Assembly: GCA_965261395.1 (NCBI GenBank)
Contig: OZ253462.1
Location: 1,280,001-1,344,000, forward strand
Direction of reading: 5' to 3'
DNA length: 64,000 nt
Source: Candidatus Latescibacterota bacterium
GTDB taxonomy: Bacteria; Latescibacterota; UBA2968; UBA8231
Part shown: piece after piece, positions 30,314 to 39,566 of the stretch
Numbering within the stretch: the first letter of the stretch is position 1
Layout of the letters: the number at the start of each line of letters is the position of its first letter
Program-made: the position numbers and the translations under genes
The notes under the pieces: model-generated
Database searches by the model: none
The model's input: only the letters and a program-made list of their open reading frames with translations
What the model was told of the DNA's origin: nothing

Positions 30314-31612
30314 GTGAAATTTTGGGTTTTCACCCACAGCGACCAGCCCCTCGAACACTGGCTCGAAGGCTACCAGCAGCGCTTCGACGCTTGGGAAGAA
30401 GGCGGCGTAGAAGGCATTATCGTCGGCCGCATGCAGTTTAAGCAGGACGATGGTTCGATTATCCCCAGCTATCCGGCCAATCCCAAGCTCTACGCCGAGC
30501 ACGGCGTCGAGCTGCCGGAGGAGACGCCCCGCGACTTAGAAAAAGAAAAAAAGCTCCAAGCCATGATGGACGACGCAGCGGCGCGTGGCTGGCAGATTAT
30601 GACCTTTGGCATGGGTCGCGGTGGGGTGGTTGGGCTGGAGGACTTAATCACTTTCTACCCGCAGGTCCACGGCGTCATTATCGACGGCCCCGGCGAAAAC
30701 CACTACGAGCTAGCGTTCCACCACGGCGGGGAGCTACTGGAGCTCCGGCCCGGCGAGGATCAACAGTTTGCCGGCATGGGGGCCGATGTCGGGCGGATAC
30801 AGCGCGGCATTGACCATCTGCGGCAAGCCCTGTGTCGGCTGACGCCCCAGCGGGTGCGCTACCTCGCCCAAGGCGGCCTCTTTTCGGTGCTGAATTTAAT
30901 CGACCTCGACGAGGATGGGCTGTATTGGTTGCGGATGCGGCAGGAGAAGTCGCGCCGCTCTTGGGCAGACGCCCGCACAATCGTCAATCAGGCCTCGCGC
31001 AAGATCGAGTTGGGTGGGATTCCGCGCACGGCCGTCGTCTCTGGTTTGACCGGGCAGGACTACGAGCGGATGGCTGGCTACTTCGATTACATACTGCCCA
31101 AGCACTACTACTGGCATCGCGGTTTTGACGGCCTTTATGGTACACTGGCGCGCTGGGTGCAGACGCTTGGGGAGTGGAATCCGGGGCTAACGGAGGAGGA
31201 CGCCTTTGCTGTGGTCCAGGCGCTTTTTGGCATCAAACTGCCTCAGGTGCGGACGCTTTTTGACTTAGAGGCGGGTTTTCCCGACGAGTTTTTCAGCGAG
31301 GTCGTGTACGGTGAGACGCGCCGCGCTTTGGAGGCGGCTGGTGCCGACAAGGTGATTTGCTGGGTCTCGACCGGTCGCACGCCGCACGCCGGCGACCCCA
31401 TGCCCGCGCGCGATCTGCTCGGCATTTTGCGGGCGTCCGAGGCAGCCGGGCTGAAGCGCTTCGTCTTTCATCCAGAGGTTATGGGCGCGTCTGAGTGGCG
31501 GGTTTTGACGGAGTTGTGTGGGACGCCGTGGCGCGAGGATCCGAGCGGGTATTGGCCTTCGGGTACCGAGAAGCCGGATGCTTTTAATGGGGGACGGAAG
31601 AAAGAGAATTAG
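30314..31612 (+). CDS. Hypothetical protein (432 aa), possibly a TIM-barrel enzyme
   Basis: Long ORF with AGGAGG RBS, coupled in operon; no recognised motif. Confidence 0.7.
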   Translation: MKFWVFTHSDQPLEHWLEGYQQRFDAWEEGGVEGIIVGRMQFKQDDGSIIPSYPANPKLYAEHGVELPEETPRDLEKEKKLQAMMDDAAARGWQIMTFGMGRGGVVGLEDLITFYPQVHGVIIDGPGENHYELAFHHGGELLELRPGEDQQFAGMGADVGRIQRGIDHLRQALCRLTPQRVRYLAQGGLFSVLNLIDLDEDGLYWLRMRQEKSRRSWADARTIVNQASRKIELGGIPRTAVVSGLTGQDYERMAGYFDYILPKHYYWHRGFDGLYGTLARWVQTLGEWNPGLTEEDAFAVVQALFGIKLPQVRTLFDLEAGFPDEFFSEVVYGETRRALEAAGADKVICWVSTGRTPHAGDPMPARDLLGILRASEAAGLKRFVFHPEVMGASEWRVLTELCGTPWREDPSGYWPSGTEKPDAFNGGRKKEN

Positions 31613-31653
31613 GGCCACCAACATTCTAGCCCGAATCTACGAAGAAAAGAAAA

Positions 31654-32787
31654 ATGACTCACACACTCGCAAAATTGCCTGACTACGCCGCATGGCTATG
31701 CGCGATGAAAGCGCGCATCCGGTCGGCCCATCTCAGCGCAGCGCGGGCGGTGAACCGCGATATGATCCTGCTGTATTGGGACATCGGGCGCGGGATCTTA
31801 GAGAATCAGAAGGAACAAGGCTGGGGTAAGTCAATAGTGGACAGGCTGGCCGCAGACTTGAGAAAGGCGTTCCCCCACATAAGTGGTTTCTCGGCACGCA
31901 ACCTCTGGGATATGCGTCGGTTGGTCGAGGCGTATTCTAACGCTAGAGTCCTTGCACAAGCGGTGCAGGAAATAGGAACCCTGGAGAAAGATGCAATTCT
32001 GCGACAGCCTGTCGCAGAATTAGGAAATGATCGCACGGAACAAGCCAAGGAATTTCTGCGACAGCTTGTCGCAGAAATTCCTTGGGGACACAACATATTG
32101 ATTTTAAATAAGATATCTGATTTCGACGCCCGCCTGTACTATCTCCGCGCCACCGCCCAATTCGGCTGGACGCGCAATGTCCTACTCAACCAGATCAAGG
32201 CCGGAGCATATCAGCGCTCCTTGGCCGAAGGCAAGACGCATAACTTTCCGAGCACACTGCCCGAACATCTGGCCGAACAGGCGGAAGAAACCCTCAAGAG
32301 TTCGTACAATCTCGAATTCCTGGGGATCTCACACGAGGTAAAAGAACGAGAACTTGAGACTCGGCTCATCGAGCAATTGCAGGATTTCATTCTAGAACTG
32401 GGCTATGGCTTCTGCTTCGTGGGACGGCAGCATCGCCTGACCTTGGGCGACAAGGAGTATTTCGTTGATCTGCTGTTCTATCACCGCTTTCTAAAGTCGC
32501 TGGTTGCCTTTGAACTGAAAGCGGGACCATTCGAGCCAGAATACGCCGGCAAGATGGACTTCTATCTCAACGTGCTCAATGAGAAAGAGCGAGCCAGAGA
32601 CGACAACTCTTCCATCGGCATCATCATGTGTGCGGAAAAGGACAACCTCGAAGTGGAGTTTGCGCTCAAGAGCAAAACCAATCCCATCGGTGTGGCCGAA
32701 TACCAGTTGCAATCGACTTTGCCGGAGGAATTCAAAGGCAAACTCCCGACATCCCAACAACTGCGGGAAGCGCTGCGCCTATCGTGA
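31654..32787 (+). CDS. yhcG: YhcG/DUF1016 family PD-(D/E)XK nuclease
   Basis: LYWDIGR, GFSARNL, FILELGYGF.FVGRQ, VDLLFYHR..VAFELK, GKMDFYL. Confidence 0.93.
   Translation: MTHTLAKLPDYAAWLCAMKARIRSAHLSAARAVNRDMILLYWDIGRGILENQKEQGWGKSIVDRLAADLRKAFPHISGFSARNLWDMRRLVEAYSNARVLAQAVQEIGTLEKDAILRQPVAELGNDRTEQAKEFLRQLVAEIPWGHNILILNKISDFDARLYYLRATAQFGWTRNVLLNQIKAGAYQRSLAEGKTHNFPSTLPEHLAEQAEETLKSSYNLEFLGISHEVKERELETRLIEQLQDFILELGYGFCFVGRQHRLTLGDKEYFVDLLFYHRFLKSLVAFELKAGPFEPEYAGKMDFYLNVLNEKERARDDNSSIGIIMCAEKDNLEVEFALKSKTNPIGVAEYQLQSTLPEEFKGKLPTSQQLREALRLS
31995..32021. repeat. Perfect 13-bp-arm inverted repeat inside yhcG
   Basis: AATTCTGCGACAG-C-CTGTCGCAGAATT. Confidence 0.95.
32045..32085. repeat. 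Perfect 19-bp-arm inverted repeat inside yhcG
   Basis: CCAAGGAATTTCTGCGACA-GCT-TGTCGCAGAAATTCCTTGG. Confidence 0.95.
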
Positions 32788-32833
32788 AAAGCCGTAGAGA
32801 ATAGACCATGCCGAAACCGACAGGAGTTTGAAA

Positions 32834-33472
32834 ATGTACGACGAATGGAAACCTATCTACTCGGCTTTAGTTACCGACATCATGGACCAACTCGGCTACC
32901 GCGATCAGGCCATGACTCCCGATATCCGACCCAGCCGCCCCGACGCCTTCATCGCTGGCCCGGCCCTCACTATCGACGCGTATGCTGATACCGAACCCCA
33001 CCCCGATCCCTACGGTCAAATTTTTGCCGCCTACGATCAAGCTAGCCCCGGCGATGTCTTCGTCATCGCCACCAATGGCGAAGAGCGCTCCGGCCTTTGG
33101 GGCGAGCTTCTCTCCACGGCTGCCCAAGCTCGCGGCGTCGAATCCGTGCTCACCGACGGCTTGGTCCGCGATGTGCGCCAGATGAACGCCATGGGCTACC
33201 ACTGCTTCTGCAAAGGCTATTCGCCGCTCGACTCGGCGGGCCGCATCCTCGCCAAAACGATCAACCAACCGATCACCTGCGGCGGCGTGCAGGTTCACCC
33301 CGGCGATTTTATTCTAGCCGACTACGATGGCGTGGCGGTGATTCCGGCGGCGATCAAAGGCGAAGTCCACAAAAAGGCTATGGAAAAGCTCGCCGGGGAA
33401 AACGTCGTGCGCGATGAACTGGCTGCGGGGCAGTCGCCGAGGGAGGTTTTTGATCGCTACGGGATATTGTGA
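32834..33472 (+). CDS. RraA family / 4-hydroxy-4-methyl-2-oxoglutarate aldolase-like protein
   Basis: WGELLSTAAQARG..DGLVRDV, V.PGDFILADYDGVAVIP. Confidence 0.88.
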   Translation: MYDEWKPIYSALVTDIMDQLGYRDQAMTPDIRPSRPDAFIAGPALTIDAYADTEPHPDPYGQIFAAYDQASPGDVFVIATNGEERSGLWGELLSTAAQARGVESVLTDGLVRDVRQMNAMGYHCFCKGYSPLDSAGRILAKTINQPITCGGVQVHPGDFILADYDGVAVIPAAIKGEVHKKAMEKLAGENVVRDELAAGQSPREVFDRYGIL

Positions 33473-33509
33473 TTGTTGGACGTTCATAGATTTCAGTTTC
33501 ATCCAACAG

Positions 33510-33737
33510 TTATACCTCAGTTAGCTCAGGAACGTGTTCATCCTCATATTTCTCAATCAGCACACCTATGACCTCCATTAATGAGGCTAGGGGGTGATTT
33601 TCGTTCTCGCCTACTACATCAATCAAATCGTCTAGTACAGCCACAAGCTGTTGATATTCGCTCTCTGCATGAGGAACGAACACAACAGGGGTCAGCATGG
33701 GCCATACATCTTGAGCGGTTTGTATTTTTGCTTCCAT
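33510..33737 (-). CDS. HigA-like antitoxin, N-terminal domain only (no HTH)
   Basis: EYQQLVAVLDDLID..HPLASLMEVIGVLIEKYE; directly downstream of higB. Confidence 0.75.
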   Translation of the reverse strand: MEAKIQTAQDVWPMLTPVVFVPHAESEYQQLVAVLDDLIDVVGENENHPLASLMEVIGVLIEKYEDEHVPELTEV

Positions 33738-33740
33738 AAT

Positions 33741-34028
33741 TTACTCCTTCCATCTTCCTTTATCATACTCATCATGCGTTAGTACCGCACGAATATAGAT
33801 TTTCTGTCGGTTGTAATGTATTGCCGTGATAAGACGTGCCTTGTTCCCACCAATGTTGAAAACCGTCAATTTTTTTACCTGATCGGCGTGAGGAAATACT
33901 TTTTGCAACTCGACAAATGAACGGAAATCTCCTCGCTTCATTAATTTATACCAATGTCCGAGTGATGCCTTGGTATCAGGATGTTTCTGGGCAAACTCGT
34001 TCAGGCGTTTTCGCGTGATGATATGCAC
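33741..34028 (-). CDS. higB: HigB toxin (mRNA interferase)
   Basis: MHIITRKRL..F..KHP, FPHAD.V...VFNIGGNKARLI...IYIRAVLTHDEYDKGRW. Confidence 0.92.
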   Translation of the reverse strand: MHIITRKRLNEFAQKHPDTKASLGHWYKLMKRGDFRSFVELQKVFPHADQVKKLTVFNIGGNKARLITAIHYNRQKIYIRAVLTHDEYDKGRWKE

Positions 34029-34052
34029 GGAGCATTCCTGCCGATAAGGAGA

Positions 34053-34361
34053 TCAAGATTCTTCGATTTCGGATCGGAATTGTTCGAGTATGTCTTCTCT
34101 CCAACATTCGCGCTCGATTCGTGGCTGTTTGCCCATACCGATTTGTTGGCCGAGTGAGCCAAGTTCGGCAGCGTCACTGGGTTTCCAACCGTTTTCTATT
34201 GCCCACGATTCTATTTCGTTCGACAGTAAAATCTCACCCTCTCTATGAAGTCGCACGAACATCTCTTTGGCAGCATTCATATCGTTTGGATGTGCCAATC
34301 CTGTGGAAATATTCGTTCTCGCGGTAATCGCTTCAAGTGCTTTTTCGATGAGCGGGCTCAT
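34053..34361 (-). CDS. DUF1889 (YoaC-like) protein
   Basis: MSPLIEKAL..AAKEMF..L...G....EI..WA..NGW pattern recalled from YoaC. Confidence 0.6.
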   Translation of the reverse strand: MSPLIEKALEAITARTNISTGLAHPNDMNAAKEMFVRLHREGEILLSNEIESWAIENGWKPSDAAELGSLGQQIGMGKQPRIERECWREDILEQFRSEIEES

Positions 34362-34378
34362 TGCTGTCTCCTAATCGT

Positions 34379-35506
34379 CTAATGCTGGCCATCACCAGTA
34401 GCCCATACCTCAGAAACTTGACGGACACCTGCTTCATTCAGCAGCAATCGATCACCCTCCAGCATTCCGATTGGTTCTTTCGCTATGCCGGGCATAGGCA
34501 TGACGGTCTCATGCTGAAAGACGTTCAAGTCTTCCCTGTTGATGTACTCTTCGTATACTAGCTTTGGTTCAATTGTTGGAAAGACAGAGTCGAGCATCTT
34601 GCGCATGAGGATAGCGGTGGCGATTGCGGCCACTGGTCCGATGAACGGGCCAAGGAATCCGTTCGCGGAGGCAGCAAAAGTAACCAAGGTATGCACAGCA
34701 GATGCGGAGGCACTGGTCGCAACCGCCTTAGGCACATCAGTCCATGAGTCTCCGGTGAAGATACTGGCGCATGCGCCAATTAGTGTTCCCATTGCCACAG
34801 ATTGGCCGAGTGCTGGGAGGAAGACACTGGCGGGAACTCCCACCACCGGAAGTATTGGATCGACTATCGTCCGATAGGTTGTGGCAATACCGACTCCAAT
34901 CTCTGTCGCTCCTGCGGTTAGGAGAAGAAAATTCGGTGGATACAGACCCAAAGCAATGTCCAATGCCCCGAGTCCGAAATATGTCCCTGCGGCAAGAAAA
35001 GTGTGCGGTATTTTGTCGGAGAATGCGAAAAATACATCCCTTCCCGCACAGGCAAGACTGACACTGCCTCCCAGAATTTTGGGCACATTGATCGTCAGGA
35101 ATTTATTCACAAGCTGCGGCCTCATCCCAAGCTTCACAAGCTGTTCGCCAACGGCCGGCGGTAAGAGTGGGTTGGGTATTCCTTGTTTTGTAAGCGAATC
35201 CATACCCAAGTGATGCAGGAACTCCCCGAATTTTAGTCTCGGGTCCTTTAAGACTTTGTAGCCATTACAAAACAGATGGTGCCCGTGGGTAAGACGGTGA
35301 AAAGGGCCTTTGACTACGCCGCCTAGTGCTGTGGAACCGGTATCCATCCAACGTCCAGTAAATCCCGGAATATGATGTGCATAGTGAAGTTTCGTCAGGG
35401 CCTCCATCGGGTATACTGCATTGACGAGAGCGGGAGAGATCCCGCCAAGACATCTTAACGATATGTCAGTGGTACCAAGACCTGTTGCTGTGAAGAAATT
35501 TGTCAT
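34379..35506 (-). CDS. Hypothetical protein with several hydrophobic Gly/Ala-rich helices (375 aa)
   Basis: Long ORF, lower GC than host; His-rich N-terminal part (FHRLTHGHH), glycine-zipper-like C-terminal half. Confidence 0.7.
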   Translation of the reverse strand: MTNFFTATGLGTTDISLRCLGGISPALVNAVYPMEALTKLHYAHHIPGFTGRWMDTGSTALGGVVKGPFHRLTHGHHLFCNGYKVLKDPRLKFGEFLHHLGMDSLTKQGIPNPLLPPAVGEQLVKLGMRPQLVNKFLTINVPKILGGSVSLACAGRDVFFAFSDKIPHTFLAAGTYFGLGALDIALGLYPPNFLLLTAGATEIGVGIATTYRTIVDPILPVVGVPASVFLPALGQSVAMGTLIGACASIFTGDSWTDVPKAVATSASASAVHTLVTFAASANGFLGPFIGPVAAIATAILMRKMLDSVFPTIEPKLVYEEYINREDLNVFQHETVMPMPGIAKEPIGMLEGDRLLLNEAGVRQVSEVWATGDGQH

Positions 35507-36104
35507 TTCGAGCCTCTATCTGTTAAGATCTTATCACGAGCCAAAATACGAAGCTTTGGAGCAATATCCTCGTCGAATTTGGCTATAAGAGCCTTGCGAA
35601 CGAGCTTGCGCCGATACTTCCTCATACTGATAGCGACACCGACTCCCACACCTGCTCCCACGACGCCCCCCCCCCTGCCGTGACAATACCAGCGGGAGCA
35701 CCAACAGCGCTACCAATGCTAGCAGCAGTGGTGAGAGTAGTGGCCCAAATCCACCAACCCGCTGTTCCCACAGGAATCAATGCAACAAGAATCGCGCCAC
35801 CACCACCTGCGATGATCGAGGAAGCTATCTCAGGTATTCGATCGATAGGAGGTGCCTCAACTACAAACTCCTCTGTATCTGGATTCACCCCCCCATCGCG
35901 AACCTTTGATAGGTAGTCCATAAATTCGTGCTGGAAGATTACAAGTCGCTGGTTGAAGACGGTCAGCATCTTCTCAAGGGCGTCCCTGTCGAGAGGGTCC
36001 GCTTCTTGAAGATTCTTTTGGTACTCGTACTTTACCTTGGCAAGCCCGGCTTCAAACTGCCGGTTCAAGTCGTTTATCAAGTCCTTCGATAGTTCTTGGG
36101 TCAT
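35503..36104 (-). pseudogene. Glycine-zipper membrane protein frameshifted at a G10 tract
   Basis: C10 at 35666-35675; G8 or G11 gives ..GVVGAGVGVGVAISMRKYRRKLVRKALIAKFDEDIAPKLR..GSK* ending in ATGA overlap with 34379..35506. Confidence 0.75.
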
Positions 36105-36331
36105 TGGCAAGCTCTTTCTTTGCGAGTTACCTTCAATCTGTTAGCGAGCGCGGTTCCTTCAGAATCTAGCGTAGCTTCGCGACTATAATTTCGCTCTCGA
36201 CTAGGTCGGAAGGGAAAAATCATCCAACGTTGTCTCCCAGAGATACATAAGATAGGAAGTTAGGAGGGTTCAGTCATGGAGCCTTTTCGCATTTCCTAAA
36301 TTTTCTGTTTACTGCACGATTTCAGAGCACC

Positions 36332-36590
36332 CTACACCCTAGCCAGCGCTTGCGCAAAGTCCGCGCACAGATCCTCGGCGGCCTCAATGCCGCACGCCAC
36401 TCGCACCAAGCCGTCGGCTATGCCCATGGCCGCCCGCTCCTCTCGGCTCAAGCCGCTGTGCGATGTGTTGACGGGCCGAGTAATGAGGGTTTCGACCTCG
36501 CCCGCGACGAGGTCCGAATAGCCGTTGAGGTACTTGATTGCGCGGTGTAGCTCTATATCAAACCCGATTTCCAGCGGGTGGAAGTTCCTT
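36332..36590 (-). pseudogene. Remnant of PLP-dependent trans-sulfuration enzyme (cystathionine gamma-synthase/lyase family)
   Basis: KYLNGYSDLVAG fused directly to C-terminal ETLITRP..SH..GI.DGLVRVACGIE..EDL; large internal deletion, no N-terminus. Confidence 0.8.
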
Positions 36591-36735
36591 TGTGTTCGGT
36601 AGCTACTCACTAGGTTAAACGCTTTCCAACCTCCGTCCTAGATAGACGGGATTAGGCGGACCAAGACCTTGATTTGCTTGGGTCTGTGTCAGTATTATGG
36701 CTCTCAAAGGGGTCAAGTCATGTTTGCAGCCCTAA

Positions 36736-36942
36736 ATGAAGGAGAGACCTGTGCCCACGCGTTTTACAGCCGTAATAACCAAGAGCGAAGATTTGCCTTT
36801 ATTCGTCGCTCGTTGCCCCCAGGTAGGCACGGTTAGCCAAGGAAAGACTGAGGAGGAAGCATTGAAAAACCTCAAAGAGGCTACCGAGCTGTACTTGGAA
36901 GAGGTCACAGATTCTTCACATCAGACTCTTCACCTTGCCTAG
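36736..36942 (+). CDS. hicB: HicB family antitoxin (short form)
   Basis: FVARCPQVGTVSQGKTEEEALKNLKEATELYLE. Confidence 0.85.
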   Translation: MKERPVPTRFTAVITKSEDLPLFVARCPQVGTVSQGKTEEEALKNLKEATELYLEEVTDSSHQTLHLA

Positions 36943-37057
36943 CCTTCCCTCTGGGATCTCAGCTAGAAAAGCCCAGCGTGCTCTCGAGCGCTTGGGCTTT
37001 TATTTTGTCCGGCAGAAGGGCAGCCATATGGTACAGAACGCGCAAGCTACCGGCTGA
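36935..37057 (+). pseudogene. hicA: Truncated HicA toxin
   Basis: TTG start overlapping hicB end; (M)PSLPSGISARKAQRALERLGFYFVRQKGSHMV then stop at 40 aa. Confidence 0.75.
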
Positions 37058-37497
37058 ACAACGCGGAGCGATACCCACCACCTCCCGGTCCCGTCCCCCG
37101 ATCATCCAGAGCAAGGCACAAAGACGCCTTGCTCTTCTAACCCGGGCGACGCAAAAGGACGCGACGCCCTTCCCGAAAAATCTACCACACGCCTTCGCCG
37201 CACGTCCCCGAAGGCTTTGTTTCTACGAACCGAGCTATGATGTGGGTCGAGAGAGAGGCCCGCAAGATATGACCGAATTAGACCACCCCACAAGCCCCCG
37301 GCGTGTGGGGATTTTTCAACAGCCAAAGCATAAAAAAGGCGTTCTCGATTCGATGAGAACCGAGAACGCGATGTGTCAGGCCCGCAGAGCCTCGCAAGGT
37401 TGCGAGGCTTGACTACAGAGGCCCAATGTAAGCATCCGGGCGGGGAGGTCAAGGAAGCACTGGCGCGGCGACCCTCGTCGATTAGTCATGCGGTACT

Positions 37498-37733
37498 TCA
37501 GCGGAGGGGTATCTGTTTCTCTCTTGTATAATAGCTTCCATTGAACGGGATCGTCCCCTTTTCAACTTCAAACTTCAATAGCGCGAGAACACTGTTTCGC
37601 CAATCTGGAGGAAGGGATAATCGTCCTGGTGAATCGAGAAGGGCGTCGTCTCCTTGTTTCCCTTCCTGAGATAAACGCACCATTTCGTAAATCTCATGGC
37701 GACGCCATAACGATCCCTTTTCCATGTTTTCAT
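37498..37733 (-). pseudogene. 3' fragment of unknown gene cut by IS5 element
   Basis: Open frame (..EKGSLWRRHEIYEMV..KQIPLR*) starting at the IS boundary; lower GC. Confidence 0.4.
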
Positions 37734-37735
37734 TA

Positions 37736-38630
37736 GAAGTGGTTTCATAACTTGATAGGGAGTCAGGTTTTTTCTTTTTTTCGGTCTTCTATTTTTTTTG
37801 ACCAGGAGTCCTGCCATGTCCCGCCATAGTTCCGAACTGACGGATACCCAGTGGTCGCCTATTGCTCCGCTGCTGCCGGAACCCCAAGCCTCCGCCAACG
37901 GGGGCCCCCAACCGATTCCCAACCGCCCGGTGTTTGAAGGCATTTTGTGGGTGCTCCGTAGTGGCGCACGCTGGAAAGATCTGCCTGAGCAATACCCCTC
38001 GCCCAGTACGTGCTGGCGTCGGCTGCGGGCTTGGGAAGCCGACGGGATCTGGCTAAAGGCGTGGCGGGCCTTGCTGCGACCACTCGATGCGCAAGGCCAA
38101 CTCGACTGGGCCGAAACCTTCGCCGATGGTAGTTTTGCCCCGGCCAAAAAAGGGGGCCTTGTGTCGGTAAAACCCCCCGTGGAAAGGGTCCGAAGTGGAT
38201 GGTGGTGGTCGACGGCCAAGGTCTTCCTCTGGGAAACTACCTGGACTCGGCGTCCTGTGCAGAAGTCACGTTGATTGAGCCCACGCTGGAGCGGGTGGCG
38301 ATCCCTCGACCCGGCCGCGGTCGGCCGCGGAAAAATCCGCGTCGGTTGATCTACGACAAAGCCGCCGATTCGGATCCGCTACGGACTCGATTGGCGCGAC
38401 GCGGGATTGAGTTGATCGGTCCCCATCGGAAAAATCGAAAGAAACCGCCGACGCAAGATGGACGACCCTTGCGCCGCTACAAGAGACGATGGAAAGTCGA
38501 ACGCACCTTCTCGTGGTGGGGCAATTTTCGACGGCTGGTGGTCCGATGGGAGTATCATATTCAGATGTATCAAGCCTTTGTCAATGTCGCCTGTCTGGTG
38601 ATCGTACTCAGACAGTTATGAAACCGCTTC
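37736..38630 (+). mobile_element. IS5 family element (IS427-like, two-ORF transposase)
   Basis: TIRs GAAGTGGTTTCATAACT / AGTTATGAAACCGCTTC, flanked by TA on both sides. Confidence 0.9.
37816..38621 (+). CDS. IS5 transposase expressed by -1 frameshift (orfA 37816..38274, orfB to 38621)
   Basis: ELTDTQW..GILWVLRSGARWKDLP; slippery AAAAAAGGGGG at 38146-38156; YDKAADS..RWKVERTFSW. Confidence 0.88.
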
Positions 38631-38633
38631 TAA

Positions 38634-39563
38634 GAAGCCGTCTGAAAACCCTCTGATGTAGCCGAATTTGAAAGGGCGTACTCATCGAGCCATATTCAGG
38701 TTTCACCACAAAATCTGAACAGAAAGGCTTGTATAATGAGTACGCCGCGTAGGCAATATGCCACCGATCTAACCGATGGACAATGGCAGCGGATCGAACC
38801 GTTGCTGCCCGCGCCGCGCTGGCGGCTTCACGGTCCGGGTCGGCCGCCGCGGGATCGACGCCAAATCGTCAACGGCCTTTTATATTTGAACAAGACGGGG
38901 TGTCCTTGGGCTTTGTTGCCTGCTTGTTTTGGGCCGTGGAAAACGGGGTATGATTACTTTCGTCGCTGGAGCCTGCAAGGGGTCTGGCCGCCGGTGTTGG
39001 ATCGGTTGACCAAGCGGGAACGCCGCCAGAGCGGCCGGGCGGCGATGCCGTCGGCTGGCTGCGTCGATAGTCAGACGATTAAGACCGCAACGCATGGTAA
39101 AACAACCGGGTATGACGCCGGTAAAAAGATCAAAGGCCGCAAACGGCATTTGTTGGTGGACACGTCGGGTTTGCTTCGACAGGTGGTGGTCACCGCCGCC
39201 GATGTCGATGATCGAGAGGGTTTGAAGCAGGTGTTGACCCGCTTGAAGGCCGCCGGAGTGGCTCGGTTACGCAAGCTGTGGGTTGATGGCGGCTACCAAG
39301 GCGAGGCCATCCGAACGTGGGTGGCCAACCAAAAAAAGACGCACAAAATAGACTTGGAAGTCGTCGCCAAACAAGGCTCCGGATTTACCCTAGTTAAACG
39401 CCGGTGGGTCGTCGAGCGCACCTTGGCGTGGTTGATGAATTTTCGCCGACATGCGAGAGATTATGAGGTCTTGACCCGCCATAGTGAAGCCTTGATCCAG
39501 ATTGCCATGATCCACTTGCTACTTAAACGAATCAAATGAAAATTAGAGTTTTCAGACGGCTTC
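38634..39563 (+). mobile_element. IS5 family element (IS1031-like)
   Basis: Perfect 16-bp TIR GAAGCCGTCTGAAAAC; TAA on both flanks. Confidence 0.92.
38736..39539 (+). CDS. IS5 family transposase (267 aa)
   Basis: Y.TDLTD.QW, VDSQT, GYDAGKKIKGRKRH, DGGY, RWVVERT. Confidence 0.95.
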   Translation: MSTPRRQYATDLTDGQWQRIEPLLPAPRWRLHGPGRPPRDRRQIVNGLLYLNKTGCPWALLPACFGPWKTGYDYFRRWSLQGVWPPVLDRLTKRERRQSGRAAMPSAGCVDSQTIKTATHGKTTGYDAGKKIKGRKRHLLVDTSGLLRQVVVTAADVDDREGLKQVLTRLKAAGVARLRKLWVDGGYQGEAIRTWVANQKKTHKIDLEVVAKQGSGFTLVKRRWVVERTLAWLMNFRRHARDYEVLTRHSEALIQIAMIHLLLKRIK

Positions 39564-39566
39564 TAA

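Noticed and set aside
37280-37420. Hairpins CCCCACA..TGTGGGG and AGCCTCGCAA/TTGCGAGGCT as an ncRNA or IS200/605 end
   Set aside because: No associated tnpA/tnpB/iscB and no recognisable RNA family
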